Assembly: GCF_008000775.2 (NCBI RefSeq)
Contig: NZ_CP042905.2
Location: forward strand, 4,200,001 to 4,232,000
Direction of reading: 5' to 3'
DNA from: Promethearchaeum syntrophicum
GTDB taxonomy: Archaea > Asgardarchaeota > Lokiarchaeia > Sigyniarchaeales > Promethearchaeaceae
DNA length: 32,000 nt
Of this stretch, positions 9,238-16,650 are shown one piece after another. How positions within the stretch are numbered: position 1 is the first letter of the stretch; each line of letters starts with the position of its first letter. The notes below the pieces were generated by a model. It saw only the letters and a program-made list of their open reading frames with translations. It had not been told where the DNA came from and made no database searches. The position numbers and the translations under genes were made by a program.

Positions 9238-10458
9238 ATGGGTGAAAAATGTTTGAATATCAATATAATTAAAAAATTCAAGAATCGAGGAAAAAATTCA
9301 AGAGATCTCAAAAAGTTTGGTTTAATTTTGATCATTGGGCTCTTGATGCAAGTTATCTTTGTATCTAATATCGAACATTCAGTTGCTGTAGATGAAGGAA
9401 ATCCGGGATTGAGAACCGGGCAGAAAATGGTATATAATCCTGTGGCGGAGGAAATTATATTATTTGGGGGAAATCGCGGTAATGGAGACACTTCTTTATT
9501 GGATACGGTTTGGAAATACAATATTTCCCAATCAGAATGGGTAGAAATCAATCCGGGTCTATCACCAATATCCAGATATAATCATGCTATGGTTTATTTA
9601 CCTGGAAATAACAGTATTCTCCTTTTTGGAGGCAGAAAAAATTCCGATTATACACAATTGGATGATACATGGAAATATGATTTACGAACCAACACATGGG
9701 AGGAAATTATTTGCACTCCAAAACCTCCCGCTCGTCAATTTAGTTCCCTAACTTATGATTCCCAAAGTGAACGAGCATTATTATTTGGGGGGTTTGGACA
9801 AAATGAAGAACACCTCAATGATCTTTGGGAGTTTACTCCCGAAAATAATACTTGGACGGAAATAACAACTACTAATGCCCCCCAAAGCCGATATGGTCAT
9901 TCTCTTATCTATCGAAATGCTACGAACAATGCCTATCTGTTTGGAGGCCGTACTTTAGGACTAAATGATGATCTGTGGAAATTTGATCCTTCCATAAACG
10001 CTTGGAATTCCGTTGTAACCTCAACTAAACCTCTGCAACGTTATTTGCATTCTATGGAATATTGCTCAGAATCTGACTTGGGCTTTTTATTCGGGGGTGA
10101 TAATGAAAATACTCAAGGCCGAGCATTAGATGACACATGGGTATTTAATTTTACTGCCAATTCATGGATATTAATCCAACCCGAGACTTCCCCTGTTAGT
10201 CGGTTAATATATTCCATGTGTTATGATAGTGCTCTGAATCAGGTTTACATTTATGGAGGATTGACTGACGATTATCAAGTGTGCTTAGGTGATTTCTGGC
10301 AGTTTGATTTTACATCATCAAATTGGATTGAAATTGGAGATGGATCCAAAGGATCAATAGAAGGTTATCAAGGAATCGGGATTTCAATAATGAGCAGTAT
10401 TGCTGTCTGTACTCTAATAATAATAAGAAAAAAGCGTAGTACAGCCTTCAGAATCTAA
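9238..10458 (+). CDS. membrane-anchored six-bladed Kelch-repeat beta-propeller protein
   Basis: Six repeats of about 47 aa each contain hydrophobic-FGG...(D/L)xW(K/E/V/Q)(Y/F)..x..W, for example ILFGGNRG..DTVWKYNISQSEWVEI and ILLFGGRKN..DDTWKYDLRTNTWEEI. There is an N-terminal basic plus hydrophobic signal/anchor (KKFGLILIIGLLMQVIFV) and a C-terminal TM plus basic stop-transfer (ISIMSSIAVCTLIIIRKKRS). Confidence 0.85.
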   Translation: MGEKCLNINIIKKFKNRGKNSRDLKKFGLILIIGLLMQVIFVSNIEHSVAVDEGNPGLRTGQKMVYNPVAEEIILFGGNRGNGDTSLLDTVWKYNISQSEWVEINPGLSPISRYNHAMVYLPGNNSILLFGGRKNSDYTQLDDTWKYDLRTNTWEEIICTPKPPARQFSSLTYDSQSERALLFGGFGQNEEHLNDLWEFTPENNTWTEITTTNAPQSRYGHSLIYRNATNNAYLFGGRTLGLNDDLWKFDPSINAWNSVVTSTKPLQRYLHSMEYCSESDLGFLFGGDNENTQGRALDDTWVFNFTANSWILIQPETSPVSRLIYSMCYDSALNQVYIYGGLTDDYQVCLGDFWQFDFTSSNWIEIGDGSKGSIEGYQGIGISIMSSIAVCTLIIIRKKRSTAFRI

Positions 10459-10460
10459 TC

Positions 10461-10516
10461 AAAAAGATTTCATCTTTTTTCCACACTTATCACTTTTTTG
10501 GGGGCAATTTCCCCAA
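10461..10516. terminator. two hairpins between convergent genes (terminator region)
   Basis: aaaaagat ttc atcttttt (10461-10479, with T-run to 10480) and ttgggg gcaattt ccccaa (10498-10516, preceded by T6). Confidence 0.45.
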
Positions 10517-10553
10517 CCCAAATTAATTTTGGAATTATTTTTTAATTTGATTT

Positions 10554-10991
10554 CTATCGTGAATAAGAAGTTACTAATTTTTTCAATCTATAAATTTTAG
10601 AAGAACCACATTCTGGGCATTTTTTTTCCTTAGAATTATTAAAGCTTTGCCATTCTAAATCACAGTCCCAACAGCCCCAGCCTCCCCAATCTTTATAGGT
10701 GATATTTCCCGCCACAATTTCAAAATCTTTTTCCTCAACGATCGATCCTACCAATTTTTTGATTGCTGAAGATAAAATTCTTGAAAAAGTTGGTTGTGAA
10801 ATATTAAATTCTTTTGCACACTCTCCTTGGGATAAACCTTTATAGACGTTTAACCGAAGTGCTTCATATTCTTCTAAATTCACAATAACTGGTGCTGAAT
10901 CAGGAGTATCCTTAGAAATATTATTATATCTTAGCTTTATTTTACTTAAAGATTCTTTATCAACATATCTTTGAATTCTTCGTGGACTCAT
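10554..10991 (-). CDS. DUF134-family predicted DNA-binding protein (sigma-70 region-4-like HTH) with C-terminal zinc ribbon
   Basis: MSPRRIQRYV... N-terminus. The core VIVNLEEYEALRLNVYKGLSQGECAKEFNISQPTFSRILSSAIKKL matches the DUF134 pattern (..l..dE.EAlRL.d.egl.q.e.A..m.vSr.T..r.l..Ar.K.). The C-terminal CWDC...x19..CPEC is a Zn-ribbon. It is the last gene of the NifX/MinD operon. Confidence 0.8.
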   Translation of the reverse strand: MSPRRIQRYVDKESLSKIKLRYNNISKDTPDSAPVIVNLEEYEALRLNVYKGLSQGECAKEFNISQPTFSRILSSAIKKLVGSIVEEKDFEIVAGNITYKDWGGWGCWDCDLEWQSFNNSKEKKCPECGSSKIYRLKKLVTSYSR

Positions 10992-11064
10992 ATAATTACA
11001 CCTTTTTTTGAGATAGAAGAAAAAATTAAAATTATCGCAAATTCAAATTGAATACCGACGTTTT

Positions 11065-11433
11065 TTAATGTTGACAAGTTGCTTGTGATAATTTTTTTAA
11101 TAGATTTTGTTTAAAGGCTTCAAAGTTTTGTTTTATGGTTCCTTGAATCCCACGATAAGGCTCAATTCCGACTTGTATAAACCCCATCAATGGACGCTGG
11201 CCAATGCCGCCAACTACCACTTCCGAAACACCATTATTTTTCAAAAGCATAACAGGTGTCATACACCCACCTTGCTCATGAGGGGAATTTTGAATTACTT
11301 CAACAGTTATTACAGCTTTGGTATTTTCATCGTATTCAATTGTGAGAAATGTGGGTGTATGGCCGAAATGCCCGACTAATTCACCATTCAGTCCTTCGAC
11401 TGTTCCAGGAAAAGCAATTTTTTTGGTACTCAT
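11065..11433 (-). CDS. NifX/NifB-like protein (dinitrogenase iron-molybdenum cofactor biosynthesis domain family), paralog 1
   Basis: KIAFPGT...LVGHFGHTPTFLTIEYD...VEVIQN...VSEVVVGGIGQRPLMGFIQVGIEPY is the characteristic pattern of the Nitro_FeMo-Co domain. The start is probably MSTKK (11433); the track start at 11442 adds MIK. Confidence 0.8.
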   Translation of the reverse strand: MSTKKIAFPGTVEGLNGELVGHFGHTPTFLTIEYDENTKAVITVEVIQNSPHEQGGCMTPVMLLKNNGVSEVVVGGIGQRPLMGFIQVGIEPYRGIQGTIKQNFEAFKQNLLKKLSQATCQH

Positions 11434-11529
11434 TTTTATCATTTTCTTGTTTATATATCATTTTAAATGATTAGAGATTCATAAAATTTCTTCTCTGGTC
11501 TTTTTTAGAATAATTATTCATAAAAAGGA

Positions 11530-11940
11530 TCAATTATGGTGATGATGATGGTGATCATGACCAAATTGACCAGCATCTTCTTTTGGGATCCCATAATCTT
11601 TCCCTCCACCAGGATTGCATAAACTTTCCCCGCCTCTTAAGGTCCCATTTAAAATCTCTTTGATGCAATTATCTATCGTTCCGACAATACCAACAATCGG
11701 TTCAATGTTAAATTGATTAAAGAGATCTACGGCGCGTCTACCCATACCTCCAGAAATAATTACATTGACATTTTGTTCATGTAAATATTTTGGAATATAT
11801 CCGGTACTATGACCCGGATTTGGTATTTCTTGTTTGTTACTTATTTTCTCACCATCTAATTCAAAAATGGTATAATTAGGACATCTCCCAAAATGTTGGG
11901 CTACCATTCCACTATCTGTGGCAATTGCAATTTTTTTCAT
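11530..11940 (-). CDS. NifX/NifB-like protein, paralog 2, with C-terminal His-rich tail
   Basis: KIAIATDSGMVAQHFGRCPNYTIFEL...NVNVIISGGMGRRAVDLFNQFNIEPIVG. The C-terminus is ...GHDHHHHHHN (11533-11559). The start is probably MKKIAIA (11940); the track start is at 11952. Confidence 0.8.
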   Translation of the reverse strand: MKKIAIATDSGMVAQHFGRCPNYTIFELDGEKISNKQEIPNPGHSTGYIPKYLHEQNVNVIISGGMGRRAVDLFNQFNIEPIVGIVGTIDNCIKEILNGTLRGGESLCNPGGGKDYGIPKEDAGQFGHDHHHHHHN

Positions 11941-11988
11941 TTTTACTAACACCTTTTTCTTTTTTTTATTTTTTATTTCTTCGTTTTT

Positions 11989-12909
11989 TTATTTTTCTTT
12001 TTCCTTTATGATTACATTAATTTTTTTGGATATTTTCTTTAAATTTTGAGCAGAAATTCCATTAGGATGATCCTTTATTATAGGAATACCTTTGGCAATC
12101 GCATAAGGCCATTCTGAATCCAGTGGGATTTCACCTAATAATTCAATTTTATTTTTATTGAGATATTCTTTAATCCGCTTATTTCCTTCGAGATACATAT
12201 CTGATTTATTGATTATTATTCCAAAAGGAATATTAAAATTGTTAATTACTGAAATTACCCTATCTGCATCATGTAGAGCTGCAGTTGTCGGTTCAATAAT
12301 TACAATCACATAATCTAATCCGGTCAACATTGCAATTACTGGACATCCTATTCCAGGTGGGCCATCAATGATCATTATATCTTTTGATTCATTTTTAGCT
12401 ACTTCATCTGCGTATTTTCGGAGTTCTGTTACGAGTTTTCCACTTGTTTGCGCGCCTAGAATAGTTTCTCCAGTTATTACATCGAAATTATATATTGATT
12501 TTAGATGATTTATAGTTCCACTATTTACAGGTTCCACCTCAAACGCACTTTCTGGACAAAATATTTTACAAGCTCCACATCCTTCACACACTATTGAATC
12601 AATTTTCGGGATTAGATTATCTTCATCCCATTTCAATGCATCAAAATGGCAAAAAGCATCATCAATGCAAAGTTTGCAATGTACACACTTTTCTGGAATA
12701 AAAGCCGCCTTTTCAGTAGTTTTAACATGAAATTCTTGGACTTGATTGTTTTTTGCTTGGAATAAAATTGCTAAGTTAGGAGCATCCACATCTGTATCAA
12801 CCGCTATTACAGGTAATCCTTCTTCCGCTAATAAACATGCAATAGACGCTGTAATTGAGGTCTTTCCAACACCACCCTTACCAGATACTATACCTAAATG
12901 ATAAGCCAT
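11989..12909 (-). CDS. MinD/ParA/Mrp-type P-loop ATPase with inserted 2x[4Fe-4S] ferredoxin-like domain
   Basis: Deviant Walker A GKGGVGKTSITAS and Cys clusters CVHCKLCIDDAFC and CEGCGACKIFCP, followed by IIDGPPGIGCPV. Its ATG lies 3 nt after the stop of the upstream paralog. Confidence 0.85.
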   Translation of the reverse strand: MAYHLGIVSGKGGVGKTSITASIACLLAEEGLPVIAVDTDVDAPNLAILFQAKNNQVQEFHVKTTEKAAFIPEKCVHCKLCIDDAFCHFDALKWDEDNLIPKIDSIVCEGCGACKIFCPESAFEVEPVNSGTINHLKSIYNFDVITGETILGAQTSGKLVTELRKYADEVAKNESKDIMIIDGPPGIGCPVIAMLTGLDYVIVIIEPTTAALHDADRVISVINNFNIPFGIIINKSDMYLEGNKRIKEYLNKNKIELLGEIPLDSEWPYAIAKGIPIIKDHPNGISAQNLKKISKKINVIIKEKEK

Positions 12910-12912
12910 TAT

Positions 12913-13845
12913 TTAAACACTCTCCAAAGCCATAATTTTTTTAACATTTGCGAGGATGGAAAGAAAAGCTTGTTTTGCAGGAAACTCACGAGAATCGAGA
13001 ACAAATGGAATTCCTTTCGCGTAATCTTCGATTACTATGTTATCGATTGGAATTTCTCCTAGAATTTTAATGTTAAAATCAGAAGCCACTTGTAAAATTG
13101 GTTCTTTATAATCAGTTAAGGTAGAACGATTTAAAATAATCTGTGCATTTTGTCCAGATAATTGAATCAAACGCAAAATACGTTTTAAATCATGTTCTCC
13201 AAATGGTGTCGGTTCTGTAACACATAAAGTTAGATCTGCCAAACTAAGAGCTTTTTCAACATCACAATGAGCTCCAGGAGCAGTGTCTGTAATGATAATA
13301 TCATAATTATTTTTTCGTTGAAGTTCGTAAGTTTGTTCAATTAAGTTTTCAACAATTAATACAGAGATTGCTTCACCAGGGTTTAATTCCCCTATTAATA
13401 GATCTAGGTTATTATGAACATTTTTCATAAAGAATCTTGATCCTATTGAACGTTTTCCAGATGAAATTGCATCTGTTGGGCATACTCGTTTACAAATTGT
13501 GCATCCAGAACACATTGGTTCCATTAAGGAAGGAAATTGATCAGGAAATTGAAGGATTGCATGGCGATAACAAGCATCGCGACATTTTCCACACTTTATA
13601 CATTTATCTGGGGAAAATTTTGGAACGAACATATCTATATGAGTTCTTTCTACATCACTATCGGTTAGAGCTTTTCCCAATAAAATATTTGAGTTGGGAT
13701 TTTCTACGTCACTATCGATTAATAGAACTTTATATCCGAGTTTGGCATAGTAAACAGCGAGATTGACGGCAATGAGAGTTTTCCCTGTTCCACCCTTTCC
13801 ACCAGTGACTGATATTTTTTTGACGTTTATAAGATTTTGAGACAT
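12913..13845 (-). CDS. MinD/ParA/Mrp-type P-loop ATPase with inserted ferredoxin-like domain (tandem paralog)
   Basis: Walker A GGKGGTGKTLIAVN, Cys clusters CIKCGKCRDAC and CSGCTICKRVCP, then IITDTAPGAHC. Confidence 0.85.
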   Translation of the reverse strand: MSQNLINVKKISVTGGKGGTGKTLIAVNLAVYYAKLGYKVLLIDSDVENPNSNILLGKALTDSDVERTHIDMFVPKFSPDKCIKCGKCRDACYRHAILQFPDQFPSLMEPMCSGCTICKRVCPTDAISSGKRSIGSRFFMKNVHNNLDLLIGELNPGEAISVLIVENLIEQTYELQRKNNYDIIITDTAPGAHCDVEKALSLADLTLCVTEPTPFGEHDLKRILRLIQLSGQNAQIILNRSTLTDYKEPILQVASDFNIKILGEIPIDNIVIEDYAKGIPFVLDSREFPAKQAFLSILANVKKIMALESV

Positions 13846-13886
13846 ACTTTTTCCTTTCTGAGTGGTTAATTTTGAATTGTAATATT

Positions 13887-14366
13887 TTAAAAATTACCTC
13901 TACCTTGACCTCTACCTTGGCCTCTGCCTTGACCTCTGCCTTGACCTCTACCCATGCCTTGACCCCCGCCCATTCCAGTATGAGCTGCAGAACTTGCGCT
14001 GGTAATTAGGGGTAATTTATCCTGAAGATAAAGTTCCACAATAGTTTTCACGTTTGTATTAGGATCATTTGGATATCCATAAGCAGATACTCCACCTTGA
14101 TTCAGAGCCCCACTTGCATTTGGGCCATAATCTGCACCAGCTACAACTTTAGCACCTGTCCCAACAATTAATTGTACAGCCATTGGACCTGCTCCGCCCA
14201 TAGCGTTCGATGCGGTATTTTCAATAACATCTACTTCATTAATTTCTCCATTTTTAAGAGATACAACTGTAAAAAAGGGACATCTACCAAAACGCCTAGT
14301 TACGGGAGCATTTAATCCATCGGATGTTGTGGTAGGAATTGCAATTTTAACATTTTTTTCAACCAT
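13887..14366 (-). CDS. NifX/NifB-like protein, paralog 3, with C-terminal Gly/Arg-rich (RGQG)n tail
   Basis: KIAIPTT...VTRRFGRCPFFTVVSL...VDVIEN...GAKVVAGADYGPNASGALNQGGVSAY. The tail is GMGGGQGMGRGQGRGQGRGQGRGQGRGNF. It is the first gene of the minus-strand operon. Confidence 0.8.
   Translation of the reverse strand: MVEKNVKIAIPTTTSDGLNAPVTRRFGRCPFFTVVSLKNGEINEVDVIENTASNAMGGAGPMAVQLIVGTGAKVVAGADYGPNASGALNQGGVSAYGYPNDPNTNVKTIVELYLQDKLPLITSASSAAHTGMGGGQGMGRGQGRGQGRGQGRGQGRGNF
13896..13955 (-). repeat. in-frame 12-nt tandem repeat (about 5 units) encoding (RGQG)n
   Basis: The plus strand reads acctctaccttg acctctaccttg gcctctgccttg acctctgccttg acctctacccat. It lies entirely inside the 13887..14366 CDS. 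Confidence 0.9.
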
Positions 14367-14605
14367 ATTTTTTCACTTATTTTTTTATGAATAGGTATTC
14401 AAATAATAAATAGAATTACTAAATTAAAAACTTTCTTAAGATTTTTTTTTATTCATCATAAAATGGTTTTGAAATATGATTTTATTTATTTTTTATTTAA
14501 ATGAAAGAAAAAAAATCCCAAAATTCTTAAAGTATTATCCTAAAAATGTACCCAATCGAAGATGTGTCATTTGATATATCTTTGATTAAAATTGAGGTTT
14601 TTTAA

Positions 14606-15490
14606 TTGAACAAGAAACTATTAAAAATGGTAATTTTTGGTTTAGCATTTATGATGATCGCTAATCAATTTGGGTTTTCTCAAGCTGTAGTTGAAACTGA
14701 AACACAACGTTCAAATAAAGTTGAAGAAATCGTAAATTTATCTGTAGGAACACCAATTGACGAAAGCGTTGTTATAGCTGCTGCAGATGGCATAGTTGAT
14801 AAGTATGCTGTCATTATTGGTATCTCGGATTACAGTGTTGTTAGTGATCTGAGCTATTGTGATGAAGATGCAAGTGATTGGTACAATTATTTAGCACCTT
14901 TAGGTTATCAAATCACATTACTCGGGGATGGCTCCAATCAATATCCCGTACCTATTGATGGATTAGCAACTGAATATAACATGAAACAAGCAGTTGCAAA
15001 TATTTTAGCTGTAGCAGACGAAGATGATGTTATCGTTTATGCAACCAGTGGCCACGGAACTGAATCCAAAGTTGGTAGAGGAAGAACTGCGACCTATCAA
15101 CAATTGATTTGTGCTTGGGATTATGGTGTCGGAGAAAATGGTGAAGATGGAAAATTATTTGATTATGAATTTGCTCAAATGTGGGCACCTGCTGTATCAA
15201 ATGTTTTCATTTTTATTGATCACTGTTTTTCAGGGGGTATGAATGAATTATTCGATAATCCAAATGCGGACTGCTTTTATATGACAACCACATGCACTGC
15301 CGATGGATATGGATATGATATGTCTGTATATGAAAACGGAAAATGGACCTATTGGTATTTAGAAGCTGGTTTGATTGGTCAAGGTTACACGGATCTTCAC
15401 GATTGTTATGTGTGGGCTCATGCTAATTATGATTTTAATCAAGATAAGGATGAACCATTGGAATTCGGAGTTGCAGATTTTACATTATAG
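14606..15490 (+). CDS. secreted caspase-fold cysteine peptidase (metacaspase/orthocaspase-like, peptidase C14-type His-Cys dyad)
   Basis: TTG start 8 nt after GAGGT. The N-terminus is signal-peptide-like (NKKLLKMVIFGLAFMMIANQFGFSQA). YAVIIGISDY..L.YCDEDA resembles rAllIGinY..L.g..nDa. The catalytic-type His is in VIVYATSGHG and the Cys in IFIDHCFSGG, about 57 residues later. Confidence 0.7.
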   Translation: MNKKLLKMVIFGLAFMMIANQFGFSQAVVETETQRSNKVEEIVNLSVGTPIDESVVIAAADGIVDKYAVIIGISDYSVVSDLSYCDEDASDWYNYLAPLGYQITLLGDGSNQYPVPIDGLATEYNMKQAVANILAVADEDDVIVYATSGHGTESKVGRGRTATYQQLICAWDYGVGENGEDGKLFDYEFAQMWAPAVSNVFIFIDHCFSGGMNELFDNPNADCFYMTTTCTADGYGYDMSVYENGKWTYWYLEAGLIGQGYTDLHDCYVWAHANYDFNQDKDEPLEFGVADFTL

Positions 15491-15517
15491 GGTATTTTAC
15501 TTTATACCCTTTTTTTT
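15490..15517 (+). terminator. hairpin plus T8 terminator after the caspase-like gene
   Basis: gggtat(15490-15495) ... ataccc(15504-15509) is followed by T-run 15510-15517. The stem overlaps the stop codon. Confidence 0.6.
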
Positions 15518-15648
15518 CCCAATTTAATAGTTTTTTTTTCATATTTCTCTATTAACACATAAACAATTTTGGTTTTTCTTATAATTTCCCCAATTTGAAG
15601 GCAAAAATTATATCTAAACAAAGAATAAAAATAAAACATAGAAATAAA

Positions 15649-16635
15649 ATGAATTATCTTACATTTAAATTGGTCATTTCAGAAGACCCTGGTGCAAAAA
15701 TCTTCCAAAAACTTGCAGAGTACTGGAATTCAACCTCAAGATTAGATGAAAATTACTTTGGACCTGAATTCTATTGGGCTTTTTTCCAATTAGGGGATTT
15801 TCCAATGGAAGAAATGGCAATTATCAAGTGGGAAGTGTGGTCACAATATCGATTAAGAGGAAATTTTGAAGATTTAAACAAATCAGCATATATAGGAGTC
15901 ACTTGTGGCCTATTTATATATTATCCTCAAAATCCGGATTCATACATCAAACTTAAGGATAGTATAAATTTATTCTTTGAAAAACGCAGGTCGGATATAG
16001 CCCCTTTTACTGTTCTTGCTATTGTAGAAAAGGACGAGAGAGAAATCCCAGATGAACATAAGAATTTCATAGAAGCCAATGGAGGGAATATTAACATTCT
16101 AACCGAATCCTTTTTAGAAAAAAATATTCAGCAAATCATCATTTTTACGTTCATCAATTTCTTAAAAGAACTTCGTCCAGAGTTTTGTACTTCTCTAACA
16201 ATTGAAAAAAATTTCTGGTCGTTAACTTTATCTGAATTAAGGGCGATTTTAATGGCCGATCGTCAAGGAATTCAGTTAAAATCTAGACACATTGCTCCTT
16301 CGGATGAGTATTTAATTGAAAAAACATTCGAAGAAGAAGAAAAAGATGAAGAGCCTACTGAAGATGAATTAAAATTTGTGGCAATTTCACCAAAAGGAGA
16401 AGTTGTACCTATAAGCAAAGAGATAACTCCAAGTGAAGTTCTTGAATTAATAAAGAAGGGCTATAAACTCCCTGCCTGGGTTGTTATTCCAAGGCATTGT
16501 AGCAATTGTTTTAACCAAAATCAAAACAATATCCGTGAGATTGAAGATAAAACCGTAATTTTAATGGAATATCCACGAATTTACGGTATGAAATTTATAT
16601 GTGGTAATTGTGGACATTCCTGGCGTGGAAAATGA
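15649..16635 (+). CDS. hypothetical protein: Ras-like small-GTPase-fold domain with degenerate nucleotide-binding motifs, acidic linker, C-terminal zinc ribbon
   Basis: The track ORF starts at TTG 15595; the first ATG is at 15649 ([22 protein letters not shown]). The by-eye alignment to Ras/Rab is as follows. [13 protein letters not shown] matches YKLVVVGAGGVGKS, so the P-loop is lost. [13 protein letters not shown] matches LDILDTAGQEEY, so DxxG is lost. [23 protein letters not shown] matches [31 protein letters not shown] matches MVLVGNKCDL, so NKxD is degenerate. The C-terminus has CSNC...x33..CGNC. Confidence 0.4.
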   Translation: [328 protein letters not shown]

Positions 16636-16650
16636 ATTAGTTGACAGATT

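Noticed and set aside
9234-9551. 105-aa minus-strand ORF overlapping the 5' part of the Kelch gene
   Set aside because: It is antisense to a strongly supported Kelch-repeat CDS. The translation is low-complexity with no motifs. This is a typical shadow ORF.
11107-11379. 90-aa plus-strand ORF inside the NifX-like gene 11065..11433
   Set aside because: It is antisense to a CDS with clear family motifs, so it is a shadow ORF.
13437-13766. 109-aa plus-strand ORF inside the MinD-like gene 12913..13845
   Set aside because: It is antisense to a CDS with Walker A and ferredoxin motifs, so it is a shadow ORF.
13896-13955. 12-nt tandem repeat as a CRISPR-like or non-coding satellite
   Set aside because: The units are contiguous with no spacers, in frame, and encode the (RGQG)n tail of a CDS.
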